From Candidatus Competibacteraceae bacterium (GTDB taxonomy: Bacteria; Bacteroidota; Bacteroidia; CAIKAF01): 64,000 bases of DNA. Position numbers and translations under genes: made by a program. Below the pieces are notes generated by a model. The model saw nothing but the letters and a program-made list of their open reading frames with translations. It ran no database searches and was not told where the DNA came from. Below, piece by piece: positions 1 through 10,211 of this stretch. The stretch covers positions 64,706 through 128,705 of the forward strand of contig JACSSC010000018.1 in NCBI GenBank assembly GCA_014879445.1, given 5' to 3'. Numbering within the stretch: the first letter of the stretch is position 1; each line of letters opens with the position of its first letter.

Positions 1-1
1 A

Positions 2-1621
2 TGTGTAGTTGCATTATTCATTTCTTGCAACAATACCCCGAAGAACGATCCGGTTAAAACAGATACCTCAGACGAATCTAAGCAATTGCTTGACAAATAT
101 ACCGAGTTTACGCTTACATCTGACCTAAGTCATCTGGATGAAAATTATCGCAAGATGCTACCCTTATTGATAGATGTAGCGGAGATTATGGATGAGCTTT
201 TTTGGGAACAGTCGCTTGGGCAACCCAAGAATGAATTTTTGTCGAGGATATCTAACGAAAATTTGCGCAAATATGCAGAAATTAACTACGGCCCATGGGA
301 TAGATTAGACGGCAACAAGGCGTTTATTGAAACTCTTGGAGAAAAACCTAAAGGCGCCAATTTTTATCCGGTTGATATGGATTCGACAGAGTTTTCAAAA
401 TTAGCAGACAATCGCAAAACCAATCAATACACAATAATCAGGCGAGATAGCGAGGGGTATTTGATGGTAATACCTTATAGCGAAGCATATAAGGTGAAAT
501 TAGAGAAAGCGTCAGCATTGATTAGGCAAGCTGCTGAGTTAAGTGGGGATGAGGGGCTAAAAAAGTATTTAATATTAAGAAGTGAGGCGTTGCTTACGGA
601 TGATTATCAACCCAGCGATATGGCCTGGATGGATATGAAATCGAATCCAATTGATTTTGTAGTTGGCCCGATTGAAACCTATGAAGATCAGCTATACGGA
701 TATAAGGCAGCATTTGAGGCATATGTGTTGATAAAAGATATGGAATGGAGTAAGAAGTTGGAGAAGTTTGCGGCATTTTTGCCTGAACTTCAAAAGAATC
801 TTCCAGTAGATGCCAAGTACAAAAAAGAAATGCCGGGATCGGATGCTGACCTCAATGCTTATGATGCCATCTATTATGCCGGAGATTGTAATTCGGGTAG
901 TAAAACCATTGCCATCAATCTTCCTAATGACGAAGAGGTACAACTCAAAAAAGGAACTCGACGATTGCAATTAAAAAATGTTATGCGAGCCAAATTTGAT
1001 AAAATATTATTGCCTATCGCACACCAACTAATTGATCCGGCTCAGTTAAATCATGTAACCTTTGATGCGTTCTTTTCAACGGTTATGTTTCATGAAGTGG
1101 CGCATGGGCTAGGAATTAAAAACACGATTAACGGAAAGGGAACTGTTCGTGAGGCGTTGCGAGAACATGCTTCCGCGCTTGAAGAAGGCAAGGCAGATAT
1201 TTTGGGTTTGTATATGATAACACAACTTTTTGAAAAAGGAGAATTAGAAGGCAATTTAGAGGATTATTATGTTACTTTCTTGGCAGGTATTTTTCGTTCT
1301 GTTCGGTTTGGCGCATCCAGCGCACATGGTAAAGCGAACATGATAAGATTTAATTTCTTTAAAGAGAAAGGTGTCTTTGAACGCAATAAAGAATCCGGAA
1401 AGTATAGTGTGAAATTTGAAAAAATGCAAGCAGCTATGACAGAATTAAGTCGCCTTATATTGCAACTGCAAGGGGATGGTGATTATGTAGGCGTAGATAA
1501 TCTAGTGAAAGAAAAAGGAGTTATAGGTCAAGAATTACAGTCGGATTTAGACATTTTAAAGTCAAAACAAATACCGGTGGATATTATCTTTAATCAGGGC
1601 AAACAGATACTTGGATTGTAA
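2..1621 (+). CDS. Zn-dependent hydrolase lipoprotein, dipeptidyl-peptidase III (M49)-like / NUDT3 C-terminal-like; 5'-truncated by the window edge
   Basis: Frame is open from base 2 (CVVALFISCNNTPK..., lipobox-like FISC), so the true start lies upstream of the window. Contains HEVAHGLG and ALEEGKAD motifs and KTIAINLPND. Confidence 0.75.
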   Translation, partial: CVVALFISCNNTPKNDPVKTDTSDESKQLLDKYTEFTLTSDLSHLDENYRKMLPLLIDVAEIMDELFWEQSLGQPKNEFLSRISNENLRKYAEINYGPWDRLDGNKAFIETLGEKPKGANFYPVDMDSTEFSKLADNRKTNQYTIIRRDSEGYLMVIPYSEAYKVKLEKASALIRQAAELSGDEGLKKYLILRSEALLTDDYQPSDMAWMDMKSNPIDFVVGPIETYEDQLYGYKAAFEAYVLIKDMEWSKKLEKFAAFLPELQKNLPVDAKYKKEMPGSDADLNAYDAIYYAGDCNSGSKTIAINLPNDEEVQLKKGTRRLQLKNVMRAKFDKILLPIAHQLIDPAQLNHVTFDAFFSTVMFHEVAHGLGIKNTINGKGTVREALREHASALEEGKADILGLYMITQLFEKGELEGNLEDYYVTFLAGIFRSVRFGASSAHGKANMIRFNFFKEKGVFERNKESGKYSVKFEKMQAAMTELSRLILQLQGDGDYVGVDNLVKEKGVIGQELQSDLDILKSKQIPVDIIFNQGKQILGL

Positions 1622-1691
1622 GAAAATTGAAATGGCTTATGATTTTAAATGCTAGCAAATATTATATTTATTGAGCTAAATTGACTTGAAC

Positions 1692-2144
1692 ATGACAGAG
1701 GATATTTTTTCAGACGCACACTTCATGAGAGAGGCCATTCGCGAAGCTCGAAAGGCGGCTGATGTTGATGAAATTCCCATAGGATGTGTGATTGTTCAAA
1801 ACAGTCGTATTGTTGCCAGAGCACACAATCTCACCGAAACATTAAACGATGCAACAGCACATGCTGAAATGCAAGCAATAACAGCAGCGTCCAACCATGT
1901 TGGATCTAAATATTTGCCCGACTGTATATTGTATGTAACGCTAGAGCCATGTTTAATGTGTGCAGGTGCAATTCGATGGTCACAGATTGGCAGAGTCGTG
2001 TTCGGATGTTATGATAAAAAATATGGATTTGCTCGTTTTGCTACAGAAATTGCCCACCCCAAAGCCGATATTTCAGGAGGGGTGTTGCAAGACGAATGTA
2101 GCGCTCTCCTAACAGAATTTTTTAAAGCTAAAAGAATAAACTAA
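1692..2144 (+). CDS. tadA: tRNA adenosine deaminase-like nucleoside deaminase
   Basis: HAEM and TLEPCLMC Zn motifs, FMREAI N-terminus. ATG at 1692 preferred over TTG at 1686. Confidence 0.8.
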   Translation: MTEDIFSDAHFMREAIREARKAADVDEIPIGCVIVQNSRIVARAHNLTETLNDATAHAEMQAITAASNHVGSKYLPDCILYVTLEPCLMCAGAIRWSQIGRVVFGCYDKKYGFARFATEIAHPKADISGGVLQDECSALLTEFFKAKRIN

Positions 2145-2160
2145 TTTTAAAATTTACACA

Positions 2161-5016
2161 ATGAAAAGAGTTTCATTTTATTCAAAACAAATTATAGCAG
2201 TATTTTCACTAATATTTGCTTCTTATGTATGGGGCCAAGCACAGACAAAACTCATTCAGGAAGTATCATCATCAGCCAACGAAGTGATTATTCCATTTAA
2301 ACGATTTTTGCTTCCAAACGGGTTAACATTGATTGTGCATGAAGACCATTCCGACCCTATTGTACACGTTGACGTAACCTATCATGTGGGGTCGGCACGT
2401 GAGCTTGTCGGAAGATCAGGGTTTGCTCATTTTTTTGAACACATGATGTTTCAGGGCTCTGAACATGTTGCCGATGAAGAGCATTTTAAAATAGTTACAG
2501 AGTCGGGAGGAACCTTAAATGGAACAACCAATCTTGATCGAACTAATTATTTTGAAACGGTTCCTTCAAATCAACTCGAAACAGCTTTGTGGCTTGAGGC
2601 AGATCGCATGGGTTGGTTTTTGGATTCGGTAACACAACAAAAATTCGAAATACAACGCGCAACAGTAAAAAATGAACGAGGTCAAAACTATGACAACCGT
2701 CCGTATGGCCTAGCCAACGAGAAATCTATCGAGGCGCTATATCCGTTTGGCCATCCATATTCATGGTCAACGATTGGATATATTGAGGATTTAAACGCGG
2801 CGACACTAGATGATCTGAAGCGATTCTTTCTTCGATGGTATGGCCCTAACAATGCCACATTAACGGTTGCCGGTAATGTAAAAACAGATGAGGTGGTGTC
2901 ATTAGTAGAAAAATATTTTGGCAACATTCCACGTGGGCCTGAAGTAAAAAATATGCCCGCTATGCCCGTAACGCTGGATAGCGATCGTTATATTTCTTAT
3001 GAAGACAACATTCGATTTCCCATGCTTAGGATTGCGTTTCCTGGTGTTCCAGCCCGACATCCTGATGAGGCCCCGTTAGATATTCTTGCTTCTATTATAG
3101 GAGATGGAAATAATTCTATACTTTATAAAGAGTTCGTTAAAACGCAACAAGCCATTCGAGCTTCTGCTTATAATCCGTCTAATGAATTGGCCGGAGAGTG
3201 GATAATAACAATAATGCCTTATCCGGGCACATCGCTTGCCTCGGCTGAACAAAAAGTAAGACAGTTGCTTGCCGATTTTGAAAATAGAGAAATAAGCGAG
3301 GATGATTTAAATCGTTATAAAGCAGGCCACGAAGCCGACGAACTTAAATCTCTTCAAAGCGTTTCGGGCAAAGCTTCAAAGTTGGCATATTATCAAACCT
3401 TTACCGGCAATGCCAATTATATTAAGCAAGATATGGAGCGGTATATGTCGGTAACAAAGGATGATGTAATGCGAGTATATAAAAAATATATTAAAGAGAA
3501 GCCGGCGGTTTATTTAAGTGTTGTTCCAAAAGGTAAATCAGAACTTACTGCCAAGCCCGATAATTTCAATCGACCTGATGTGCCACTAGGATTTAAAAAC
3601 GATTTAAGCGAATACGAATCGCTTACTTATCAAAAAGGAATTTATCCTTTTGAGCCAAACTATAGACCGGCTTCTGGCCCTAATCCGTTAATTAAAGTGC
3701 CTAATTTTTCTGTTCTTTCACTCGCTAATGGTGTGCAAATTATTAGCACAGAATACACCGAGTTGCCTACAGTGTCTATTCGCATCTCCATAAAAGGAGG
3801 AAAGATGCTTGACGATAAGGACAAAATAGGATTGGCATCTATTACGGCATCATTAATGAATGAAGGAACACAAAGATATACTTCTGAGGAGGTGAATATG
3901 CTGTTGGATTTGCTGGGTAGTTCTGTAAATGTTTATGCTACATCTGAAAGTATTGAAATAGATATTTTTTCCCTAAAGAAGAATGTTGATTCTACATTGG
4001 CAATTGTGAAAGAAATTTTATTTTCTCCAAGATTTGATGTCCAAGATTTTGACAGATTAAAGAAGCAGCAGCTTGAAAGTATTGCCAATCAAAAGAATCA
4101 GGCATCTGCAATTGCCACGAATGTATTATCAATTATGCTTTATGGCGAAAATAGTATTTGGGGAACAGGAACGCTGGGGCGTGAAGAAACAGTGAATCCC
4201 ATAACCTTGGAAGATGTGAAAAACTATTATCATGCCTATATAAGACCCAACCATGCTAAAGTGGTTGTGGTAGGCAATATTAACAAGAAGGAAGTTCAAA
4301 AGAAACTCGACTTTCTGAAGAGTTGGGCGCCCGGAATTGTAACATTACCGGCTTTTGAAAGGCCCCGAGTTGTTCCAAAAACACAAATTGTTTTAGTTGA
4401 CAAGCCGGGTGCAGCTCAATCAGAAATACGATTTGGACATGCCGGGCTACCCTGGGATGCCACCGGCGATTATTACCGTGCATCCATCATGAACTATACA
4501 CTCGGCGGAGCGTTCAATAGCCGGCTGAATCTTAATCTACGAGAGAAAAGAGGATATACTTATGGGGTTCGTTCTGGATTTACGGGGTCTCGTTTTACAG
4601 GAACATTCTCTGTTTCAGGAGGATTCCTTTTACATGCGACAGATAGCGTGATTGAAGAGGTAATAAAAGAACTTACCCATTACCGCGAAAATGGGATTAC
4701 AGAGCAAGAGCTCATTTTTACAAAAAATTCTATCGGGCAACGAGATGCCCTTAAATACGAAACCCCCATACAAAAAGCAGGCTTTATGAGCAACATTATT
4801 GAATTCTCGTTGGAGAAATCATTTATCAAACAACAAAACGAAATATTAAAAAATATACGAAGCTTCGACATTAATCAATTGGCCAAACAATTTATTCATC
4901 CCGACAAAATGATTATTGTTGTGGTGGGAGATAAATCAATAATATGGGATAAGTTGAAACGACTCAATATTCCAATAGTAGAAGTTGATTACACAGGCAA
5001 GCCAATTGCACCTTAA
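2161..5016 (+). CDS. M16 (pitrilysin/PqqL-like) zinc protease, exported
   Basis: Inverted HFFEH zinc motif, signal peptide, second-half LREKRGYTYG motif. Confidence 0.9.
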   Translation: MKRVSFYSKQIIAVFSLIFASYVWGQAQTKLIQEVSSSANEVIIPFKRFLLPNGLTLIVHEDHSDPIVHVDVTYHVGSARELVGRSGFAHFFEHMMFQGSEHVADEEHFKIVTESGGTLNGTTNLDRTNYFETVPSNQLETALWLEADRMGWFLDSVTQQKFEIQRATVKNERGQNYDNRPYGLANEKSIEALYPFGHPYSWSTIGYIEDLNAATLDDLKRFFLRWYGPNNATLTVAGNVKTDEVVSLVEKYFGNIPRGPEVKNMPAMPVTLDSDRYISYEDNIRFPMLRIAFPGVPARHPDEAPLDILASIIGDGNNSILYKEFVKTQQAIRASAYNPSNELAGEWIITIMPYPGTSLASAEQKVRQLLADFENREISEDDLNRYKAGHEADELKSLQSVSGKASKLAYYQTFTGNANYIKQDMERYMSVTKDDVMRVYKKYIKEKPAVYLSVVPKGKSELTAKPDNFNRPDVPLGFKNDLSEYESLTYQKGIYPFEPNYRPASGPNPLIKVPNFSVLSLANGVQIISTEYTELPTVSIRISIKGGKMLDDKDKIGLASITASLMNEGTQRYTSEEVNMLLDLLGSSVNVYATSESIEIDIFSLKKNVDSTLAIVKEILFSPRFDVQDFDRLKKQQLESIANQKNQASAIATNVLSIMLYGENSIWGTGTLGREETVNPITLEDVKNYYHAYIRPNHAKVVVVGNINKKEVQKKLDFLKSWAPGIVTLPAFERPRVVPKTQIVLVDKPGAAQSEIRFGHAGLPWDATGDYYRASIMNYTLGGAFNSRLNLNLREKRGYTYGVRSGFTGSRFTGTFSVSGGFLLHATDSVIEEVIKELTHYRENGITEQELIFTKNSIGQRDALKYETPIQKAGFMSNIIEFSLEKSFIKQQNEILKNIRSFDINQLAKQFIHPDKMIIVVVGDKSIIWDKLKRLNIPIVEVDYTGKPIAP

Positions 5017-5026
5017 TTATTACTAC

Positions 5027-5034
5027 TACCTTTG
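5027..5034 (+). promoter_or_regulatory. Bacteroidota sigma-70 -7 element (TACCTTTG) upstream of dcd
   Basis: Exact TAnnTTTG match 17 nt before the ATG at 5051, with TTG about 20 nt further upstream. Confidence 0.6.
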
Positions 5035-5050
5035 TACTAAATTTTTTGTT

Positions 5051-5572
5051 ATGATATTAAGCGGGAAAGAAATAGAAAAGCAACTAGGTGATAAAATTAA
5101 AATTACGCCTTATTCACCTACTCAACTTAATCCCAACAGCTATAATTTAACACTGCATAATGAGTTGCTTGTTTATGATAACGAGTTGCTTGATATGAAA
5201 AAAGAAAATACAGCAACCAGTATTATTTTGCCTGACGAAGGGATGGTTCTTGCACCAGGGAAGCTTTATTTGGGCAGAACAATTGAATATACTGAAACCA
5301 GCTCCTATGTTCCCATGCTGGAGGGCCGCTCGTCTATTGGCAGGTTGGGCTTGTTTGTTCATATAACCGCAGGATTTGGCGATGTTGGATTTAGTGGTTT
5401 CTGGACATTAGAGATGTTTTGTGTTCAGCCCATTCGTATATATCCCGGGGTCCAGATCTGTCAAATATTTTATCATGCCATTGAAGGAGATTATACTTTA
5501 TACGAAAGTGGAAAATATCAGAAAAACAAAGGAATTCAACCCAGCTTACTTTTTCGCGATTTCGAAAAATAG
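5051..5572 (+). CDS. dcd: dCTP deaminase
   Basis: MILSG start, QLNPNSYNL, GRSSIGRLG, DVGFSG, ICQIFY, YQ motifs. Confidence 0.9.
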   Translation: MILSGKEIEKQLGDKIKITPYSPTQLNPNSYNLTLHNELLVYDNELLDMKKENTATSIILPDEGMVLAPGKLYLGRTIEYTETSSYVPMLEGRSSIGRLGLFVHITAGFGDVGFSGFWTLEMFCVQPIRIYPGVQICQIFYHAIEGDYTLYESGKYQKNKGIQPSLLFRDFEK

Positions 5573-5698
5573 TAAAGATTAAAAATCGTAATTCGCAGTT
5601 AGTTTTGCCGATTTTAATGTTATGCTTGTGCAAAAGTGGCAGAACAAGGACTAATAATAGCAGATAATTTGCATCTTTGATGTATCAACCAAAATGAA

Positions 5699-6112
5699 AT
5701 GGTAAAATATCGGCTAGACATATCATCAGAAGATTTAGAATTGATGGTGATAGGCATTAATTGTCTCGAGCCGGACTATAGGCTGGCTTGGGCGATGAGC
5801 AAGGTTGCCGGTTTCCAGTTTGAGCGATGTGCTGATTTTGTTTCGGAGGGTGATGGTCGAAAATTTCCTATGTACCAATTCGAGGATGTGGACTTAATGA
5901 GAGTGTACCACTTAATAGCAAATCGTTTTAATAATCAGATTGCTGTAACTCCGCTTGAACAGATAGATTATTTGTTAGTTGTAACAGGTGCTATTACAGG
6001 CATTTCAGATGAGTTGATTGAAAAGATTCATGGTGTTGATTTTGTGATGCTGGCAACAGAAATAGATATAAATTTAATCAAATCTAATGAATCATTGTTA
6101 TCCTTTTTGTAA
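5699..6112 (+). CDS. IPExxxVDY family protein
   Basis: IGINC..DYRLAW N-terminus, PLEQIDYLL motif, and position immediately before pyk, as is usual in Bacteroidota. Confidence 0.7.
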   Translation: MVKYRLDISSEDLELMVIGINCLEPDYRLAWAMSKVAGFQFERCADFVSEGDGRKFPMYQFEDVDLMRVYHLIANRFNNQIAVTPLEQIDYLLVVTGAITGISDELIEKIHGVDFVMLATEIDINLIKSNESLLSFL

Positions 6113-6122
6113 TATTGAATAA

Positions 6123-7544
6123 ATGAAAGTACAGAGTAAAACTAAAGTGATTGCCACAGTCGGACCGGCATCAATTGATAAAGATATTATGCTGAAGATG
6201 GTCAAGGCCGGCGTTGATGTATTTCGTTTAAATTTTTCCCACGGGAATCGGGATTTTCAACGTAAATTGTTTGAGCAGATTAGAAGTATTAACGAGGAGC
6301 AGGGCTTTAATCTAGCTGTTCTGGCTGATTTGCAAGGTCCGAAAATGCGAATAGGAGAAATGCAAAATGGTGAAGTGGAAATATATGACGGTAATCAAAT
6401 ACGAATATCAACCAAAGATGGAGTTGGAACCGCTGAAAAGGTATTTATCCGCTATGATCAGTTTGCCGAAGATGTTAACCCTGGTGAAAAGGTTTTAGTA
6501 GATGATGGAAAAATTGTTTTAGAAATTGTTTCAACCAACAGAAAAGATGAGGCGATTGCCACTATAATCAATGGCGGCAAGTTGTCTTCCAACAAGGGCT
6601 TCAATCTGCCCAATACCAAAATATCTTTACCAAGCTTGACCCCAAAGGATTTGGAAGATCTCGAATATGCACTTTCTTTTGATGTGGAATGGATTGGACT
6701 TTCTTTTGTGCGTTCAGCGTCTGATGTGATAGAACTTAAGCATTTGATTCAGTCGCAAAATAAATCAACTAAGGTGATTGCTAAGATTGAAAAACCCGAA
6801 GCAATTGAGGATATAGATAATATTATTAAGGAGGCAGATGGTATTATGGTTGCACGTGGCGACCTGGGTGTTGAGATTCCCATGCAAGAGGTTCCATTGA
6901 TTCAAAAGGCATTGGTGAAAAAATGCTTAAAAGCATCAAAGCCCATTATAATTGCAACTCAGATGATGGAGAGCATGATTGTGAATTATAACCCAACGCG
7001 TGCCGAAGTAAATGATGTGGCAAACTCTATAATGGATGGAGCAGATGCGGTTATGCTTAGTGGCGAAACATCAGTTGGCAAGTATCCAGTGAGAGTGATA
7101 GAAAGTGTTCAAAAAATTATTCAAAACGTTGAAGGGTTTGAGGGCGTTTATAACAACGATTTTATGCACATAACACGTGAGCGCTTTATTACTGATGCAA
7201 TCTGTCGTGCCGCCGTTGAATTGGCCGACAAAACCAGAGCCAAAGGAATAATTACTATGACTTTTACAGGATATACTGCTTTTGAAATATCCAGCTATAG
7301 GCCCAAGGCAGACATATATGTTTTTACTGGCAATCGATCAATTCTTAATCAATTAAGTTTGATATGGGGGGTGCGGGGCTTTTACTTTGATAAATTTGTG
7401 AGCACAGACCATTCAATTGCAGAAAGCTCTTATATGCTAAAAAAATCCGGGTTGGTGAAAGAAGGAGATTTGTTGGTACACACGGCCAGCGTGCCGATGC
7501 AAGAGAAAGGGCAAACCAACATGCTGAAGCTTCACCATATTTAA
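6123..7544 (+). CDS. pyk: pyruvate kinase
   Basis: KTKVIATVGPAS, RLNFSHG, DLQGPK, IAKIEK, MVARGDLG, MLSGET. Confidence 0.97.
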   Translation: MKVQSKTKVIATVGPASIDKDIMLKMVKAGVDVFRLNFSHGNRDFQRKLFEQIRSINEEQGFNLAVLADLQGPKMRIGEMQNGEVEIYDGNQIRISTKDGVGTAEKVFIRYDQFAEDVNPGEKVLVDDGKIVLEIVSTNRKDEAIATIINGGKLSSNKGFNLPNTKISLPSLTPKDLEDLEYALSFDVEWIGLSFVRSASDVIELKHLIQSQNKSTKVIAKIEKPEAIEDIDNIIKEADGIMVARGDLGVEIPMQEVPLIQKALVKKCLKASKPIIIATQMMESMIVNYNPTRAEVNDVANSIMDGADAVMLSGETSVGKYPVRVIESVQKIIQNVEGFEGVYNNDFMHITRERFITDAICRAAVELADKTRAKGIITMTFTGYTAFEISSYRPKADIYVFTGNRSILNQLSLIWGVRGFYFDKFVSTDHSIAESSYMLKKSGLVKEGDLLVHTASVPMQEKGQTNMLKLHHI

Positions 7545-7564
7545 TAGTTTCAAATTTGGCAAGC

Positions 7565-7616
7565 AAAATGTGACCCACGTGACAAGCGTCACATTTTTTT
7601 TGCACACACGTCACGT
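7565..7616 (+). promoter_or_regulatory. Crp/Fnr-family-like operator upstream of the cbb3 operon
   Basis: CGTGA-caagcg-TCACA at 7578-7593 (one mismatch to TGTGA-N6-TCACA), overlapping the inverted repeat AAAATGTGAC...GTCACATTTT; a further CGTCAC lies about 22 nt downstream. Confidence 0.55.
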
Positions 7617-7660
7617 TTTTAAAAATATTTTGCATTTTTGCTATTCATAATTCTATCCCT

Positions 7661-7828
7661 ATGGGTGTTATTTTTGGATTAATCATTATCAGTTTGTTAT
7701 TGGCGTTTGTTTTTCTTATTTCATTTATGATGGCAGTTCGCAATGGGCAGTTTGATGATGATCATACGCCCTCAGTACGTGTATTGTTTGACGATAAAAT
7801 ATCCCAAAACCCAACATCACAAAACTAA
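7661..7828 (+). CDS. ccoS: cbb3-type oxidase assembly protein CcoS
   Basis: Hand translation MGVIFGLIIISLLLAFVFLISFMMAVRNGQFDDDHTPSVRVLFDDKISQNPTSQN: one TM helix plus GQFDD motif, directly before ccoNO. Not in the ORF track. Confidence 0.9.
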   Translation: MGVIFGLIIISLLLAFVFLISFMMAVRNGQFDDDHTPSVRVLFDDKISQNPTSQN

Positions 7829-7832
7829 ACAT

Positions 7833-10022
7833 ATGGAGCGTTTTTATTACGACAACAAAATTGTAAAGTACTTTATCTTAGCCACTATTATTTGGGGCAT
7901 AACCGGCATGACAGTTGGTTTGTGGGCGGCTTTCGAGTTGTATATTCCGGAGATGAACCTGGGGTTGCCATGGACAACATTTGGTAGAATACGTCCATTG
8001 CATACCAATTCCGTCATTTTTGCTTTTGTTGGCAATGCCATATTTGCTGGCGTTTACTATTCAACACAGCGATTGCTTAAAGCGCGGATGTATAGTGATT
8101 TTTTAAGTTGGTTTAATTTTTGGGGGTGGCAAATAATCATTGTGGCGGCGGCTATTTCGCTCCCAATGGGTTATACCACATCAAAAGAATATGCAGAGTT
8201 GGAGTGGCCTATTGATATTGCCATCACATTGGTTTGGGTGAGTTTTGGCGTAAATTTTATTGGCACTATTATGCGCCGCAGAGTAGAACACTTGTATGTG
8301 GCCCTTTGGTTTTATATTGCTTCAATTATTACAGTTGCTGTACTTCACATTGTTAATTCATTTGAGATGCCGGTTTCGCTTACCAAAAGCTATTCGTGGT
8401 ATGCCGGCGTACAAGATGCATTGGTTCAGTGGTGGTATGGGCATAATGCTGTAGCGTTTTTTCTCACGACGCCTTATTTGGGATTGATGTATTATTTTTT
8501 AGTAAAAGCAGCCAATCGGCCTGTTTATTCCTACAAATTGTCAATAGTACACTTTTGGTCGCTTATTTTTATTTACATATGGGCGGGGCCACACCATCTA
8601 CTTTACACAGCATTACCTGGTTGGGCTCAGGCCTTGGGCACGGCATTTTCTTTAATGCTTATTGCGCCATCATGGGGAGGTATGATTAATGGCCTTTTAA
8701 CACTTCGAGGGGCATGGGATAAAGTGCGGGAAGATCCTGTGTTAAAATTTTTTGTTGTGGCTGTAACAGCTTATGGAATGGCAACATTTGAAGGCCCCAT
8801 GTTGGCGCTGAAAAATGTAAACGCTATAAGTCACTATACGGATTGGACCATTGCTCACGTGCATGTTGGTGCTTTGGGATGGAATGGTTTTCTAACTTTT
8901 GGCATGATATATTGGATGGTGCCTAAAATGTGGGGTACAACACTATTTTCTCGTAAAATGGCCAATGCTCATTTTTGGATCGGTACGCTTGGAATTATCT
9001 TTTATGCCCTTCCTCTTTATGTTTCAGCACTTACCCAGTCGCTTATGTGGAAAGAGTTTAATGCTGATGGCATGCTACAGTATCCAAACTTTTTGCAAAC
9101 GCTTTTACAAATTATTCCTATGTATGTTTTGCGAAGCATCGGTGGCACATTGTATCTAACAGGGGTAATTATCATGGTGGTGAATTTAGTTAAAACAGTC
9201 CGTAGGGGTTCCTTTATTCCCAATGAACAGGCTGAAGCTCCGCCACTTGCTGTAGAAAAACATGAGAAAAAAGAGTTTTGGCATAGAGCGCTCGAACGTA
9301 AACCACTTATGCTAACAGGCCTTTCACTAATTGCAATTTTAATTGGAGGCATGATTGAATTTTTGCCCACATTTTTGATAAAATCTAATGTGCCTACCAT
9401 AGAAAGTGTTAAACCACTAACAGCGCTTGAACTGCAAGGTAGGGATATATATATTCGAGAAGGATGTAATAATTGTCATTCGCAAATGATTCGACCATTC
9501 CGCTCTGAAACCGAACGCTATGGAGAGTATAGTAAAGCAGGAGAGTTTGTATATGACCACCCTTTCCTTTGGGGATCAAAACGCACAGGACCTGATTTGG
9601 CCAGACAAGGGGGCAAAAACCCCGATTCGTGGCATTTTTTACATATGTACGACCCCCCACTTACTTCAGCGGGTACCATCATGCCTCCCTATAAGTGGAT
9701 TATTAAAAGCGATTTAGATATATCATCAACACCTGCTAAAATTAGAGCATTGCGAAAAATTGGGGTGCCCTATCCCGCAGGTTATGATAAGCAAGCCAAC
9801 GATGATTTGATGCGGCAGGCTAAGCCCATTGCCGATAAGTTGATGACCGACCAAAAAGTTAAGCAGATATTAGATTTGGAAGGTATTTCTTCGCTTGAAA
9901 ATAAAGAAATTGTGGCATTGATTGCGTATCTGCAAAGATTGGGTAAAGATATAAAAGGGCCCAATGCTTCTCATGAATTTCTTCCCGAAACGAATTCACC
10001 ATTAACGCCCCAAAACCCATGA
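7833..10022 (+). CDS. ccoNO: cbb3-type cytochrome c oxidase, fused subunits I/II (CcoNO)
   Basis: RPLHT, WWYGHN, GPHH and HVH heme-copper ligands, then the CcoO part with CNNCHSQMIRP and GSKRTGPDL. Start is ATG 7833 because the upstream frame overlaps ccoS. Confidence 0.96.
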   Translation: MERFYYDNKIVKYFILATIIWGITGMTVGLWAAFELYIPEMNLGLPWTTFGRIRPLHTNSVIFAFVGNAIFAGVYYSTQRLLKARMYSDFLSWFNFWGWQIIIVAAAISLPMGYTTSKEYAELEWPIDIAITLVWVSFGVNFIGTIMRRRVEHLYVALWFYIASIITVAVLHIVNSFEMPVSLTKSYSWYAGVQDALVQWWYGHNAVAFFLTTPYLGLMYYFLVKAANRPVYSYKLSIVHFWSLIFIYIWAGPHHLLYTALPGWAQALGTAFSLMLIAPSWGGMINGLLTLRGAWDKVREDPVLKFFVVAVTAYGMATFEGPMLALKNVNAISHYTDWTIAHVHVGALGWNGFLTFGMIYWMVPKMWGTTLFSRKMANAHFWIGTLGIIFYALPLYVSALTQSLMWKEFNADGMLQYPNFLQTLLQIIPMYVLRSIGGTLYLTGVIIMVVNLVKTVRRGSFIPNEQAEAPPLAVEKHEKKEFWHRALERKPLMLTGLSLIAILIGGMIEFLPTFLIKSNVPTIESVKPLTALELQGRDIYIREGCNNCHSQMIRPFRSETERYGEYSKAGEFVYDHPFLWGSKRTGPDLARQGGKNPDSWHFLHMYDPPLTSAGTIMPPYKWIIKSDLDISSTPAKIRALRKIGVPYPAGYDKQANDDLMRQAKPIADKLMTDQKVKQILDLEGISSLENKEIVALIAYLQRLGKDIKGPNASHEFLPETNSPLTPQNP

Positions 10023-10195
10023 TAAAAGAAGTAGCACAGCACATTCCGGATGTTTCAATCTATCCAATTATTTCATTGGCGATTTTTTTTATCTACTTTT
10101 CTTTTATGCTGATTCGGGTAATAAGTAAAGATAATAAATCGGTTGAAATATTGAAAAACATGCCCATTGACGAAGATTCATCAAATATCAAATGA
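10019..10195 (+). CDS. ccoQ: cbb3-type oxidase subunit CcoQ
   Basis: Hand translation MIKEVAQHIPDVSIYPIISLAIFFIYFSFMLIRVISKDNKSVEILKNMPIDEDSSNIK; ATGA overlap with the ccoNO stop; single TM helix. Confidence 0.85.
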   Translation: MIKEVAQHIPDVSIYPIISLAIFFIYFSFMLIRVISKDNKSVEILKNMPIDEDSSNIK

Positions 10196-10211
10196 ATTTA
10201 AACATACTGTC

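Noticed and set aside
1686-5572. Deaminase genes (tadA-like, dcd) as an anti-phage nucleotide-depletion system
   Set aside because: Both are standard-length housekeeping forms without the kinase or other fusions of defensive dCTP deaminases, and there is no defence-island context.
7743-7832. N-terminal extension of CcoNO given in the ORF track
   Set aside because: It overlaps ccoS in another frame; MERFYYDNKIV at 7833 is the typical start.
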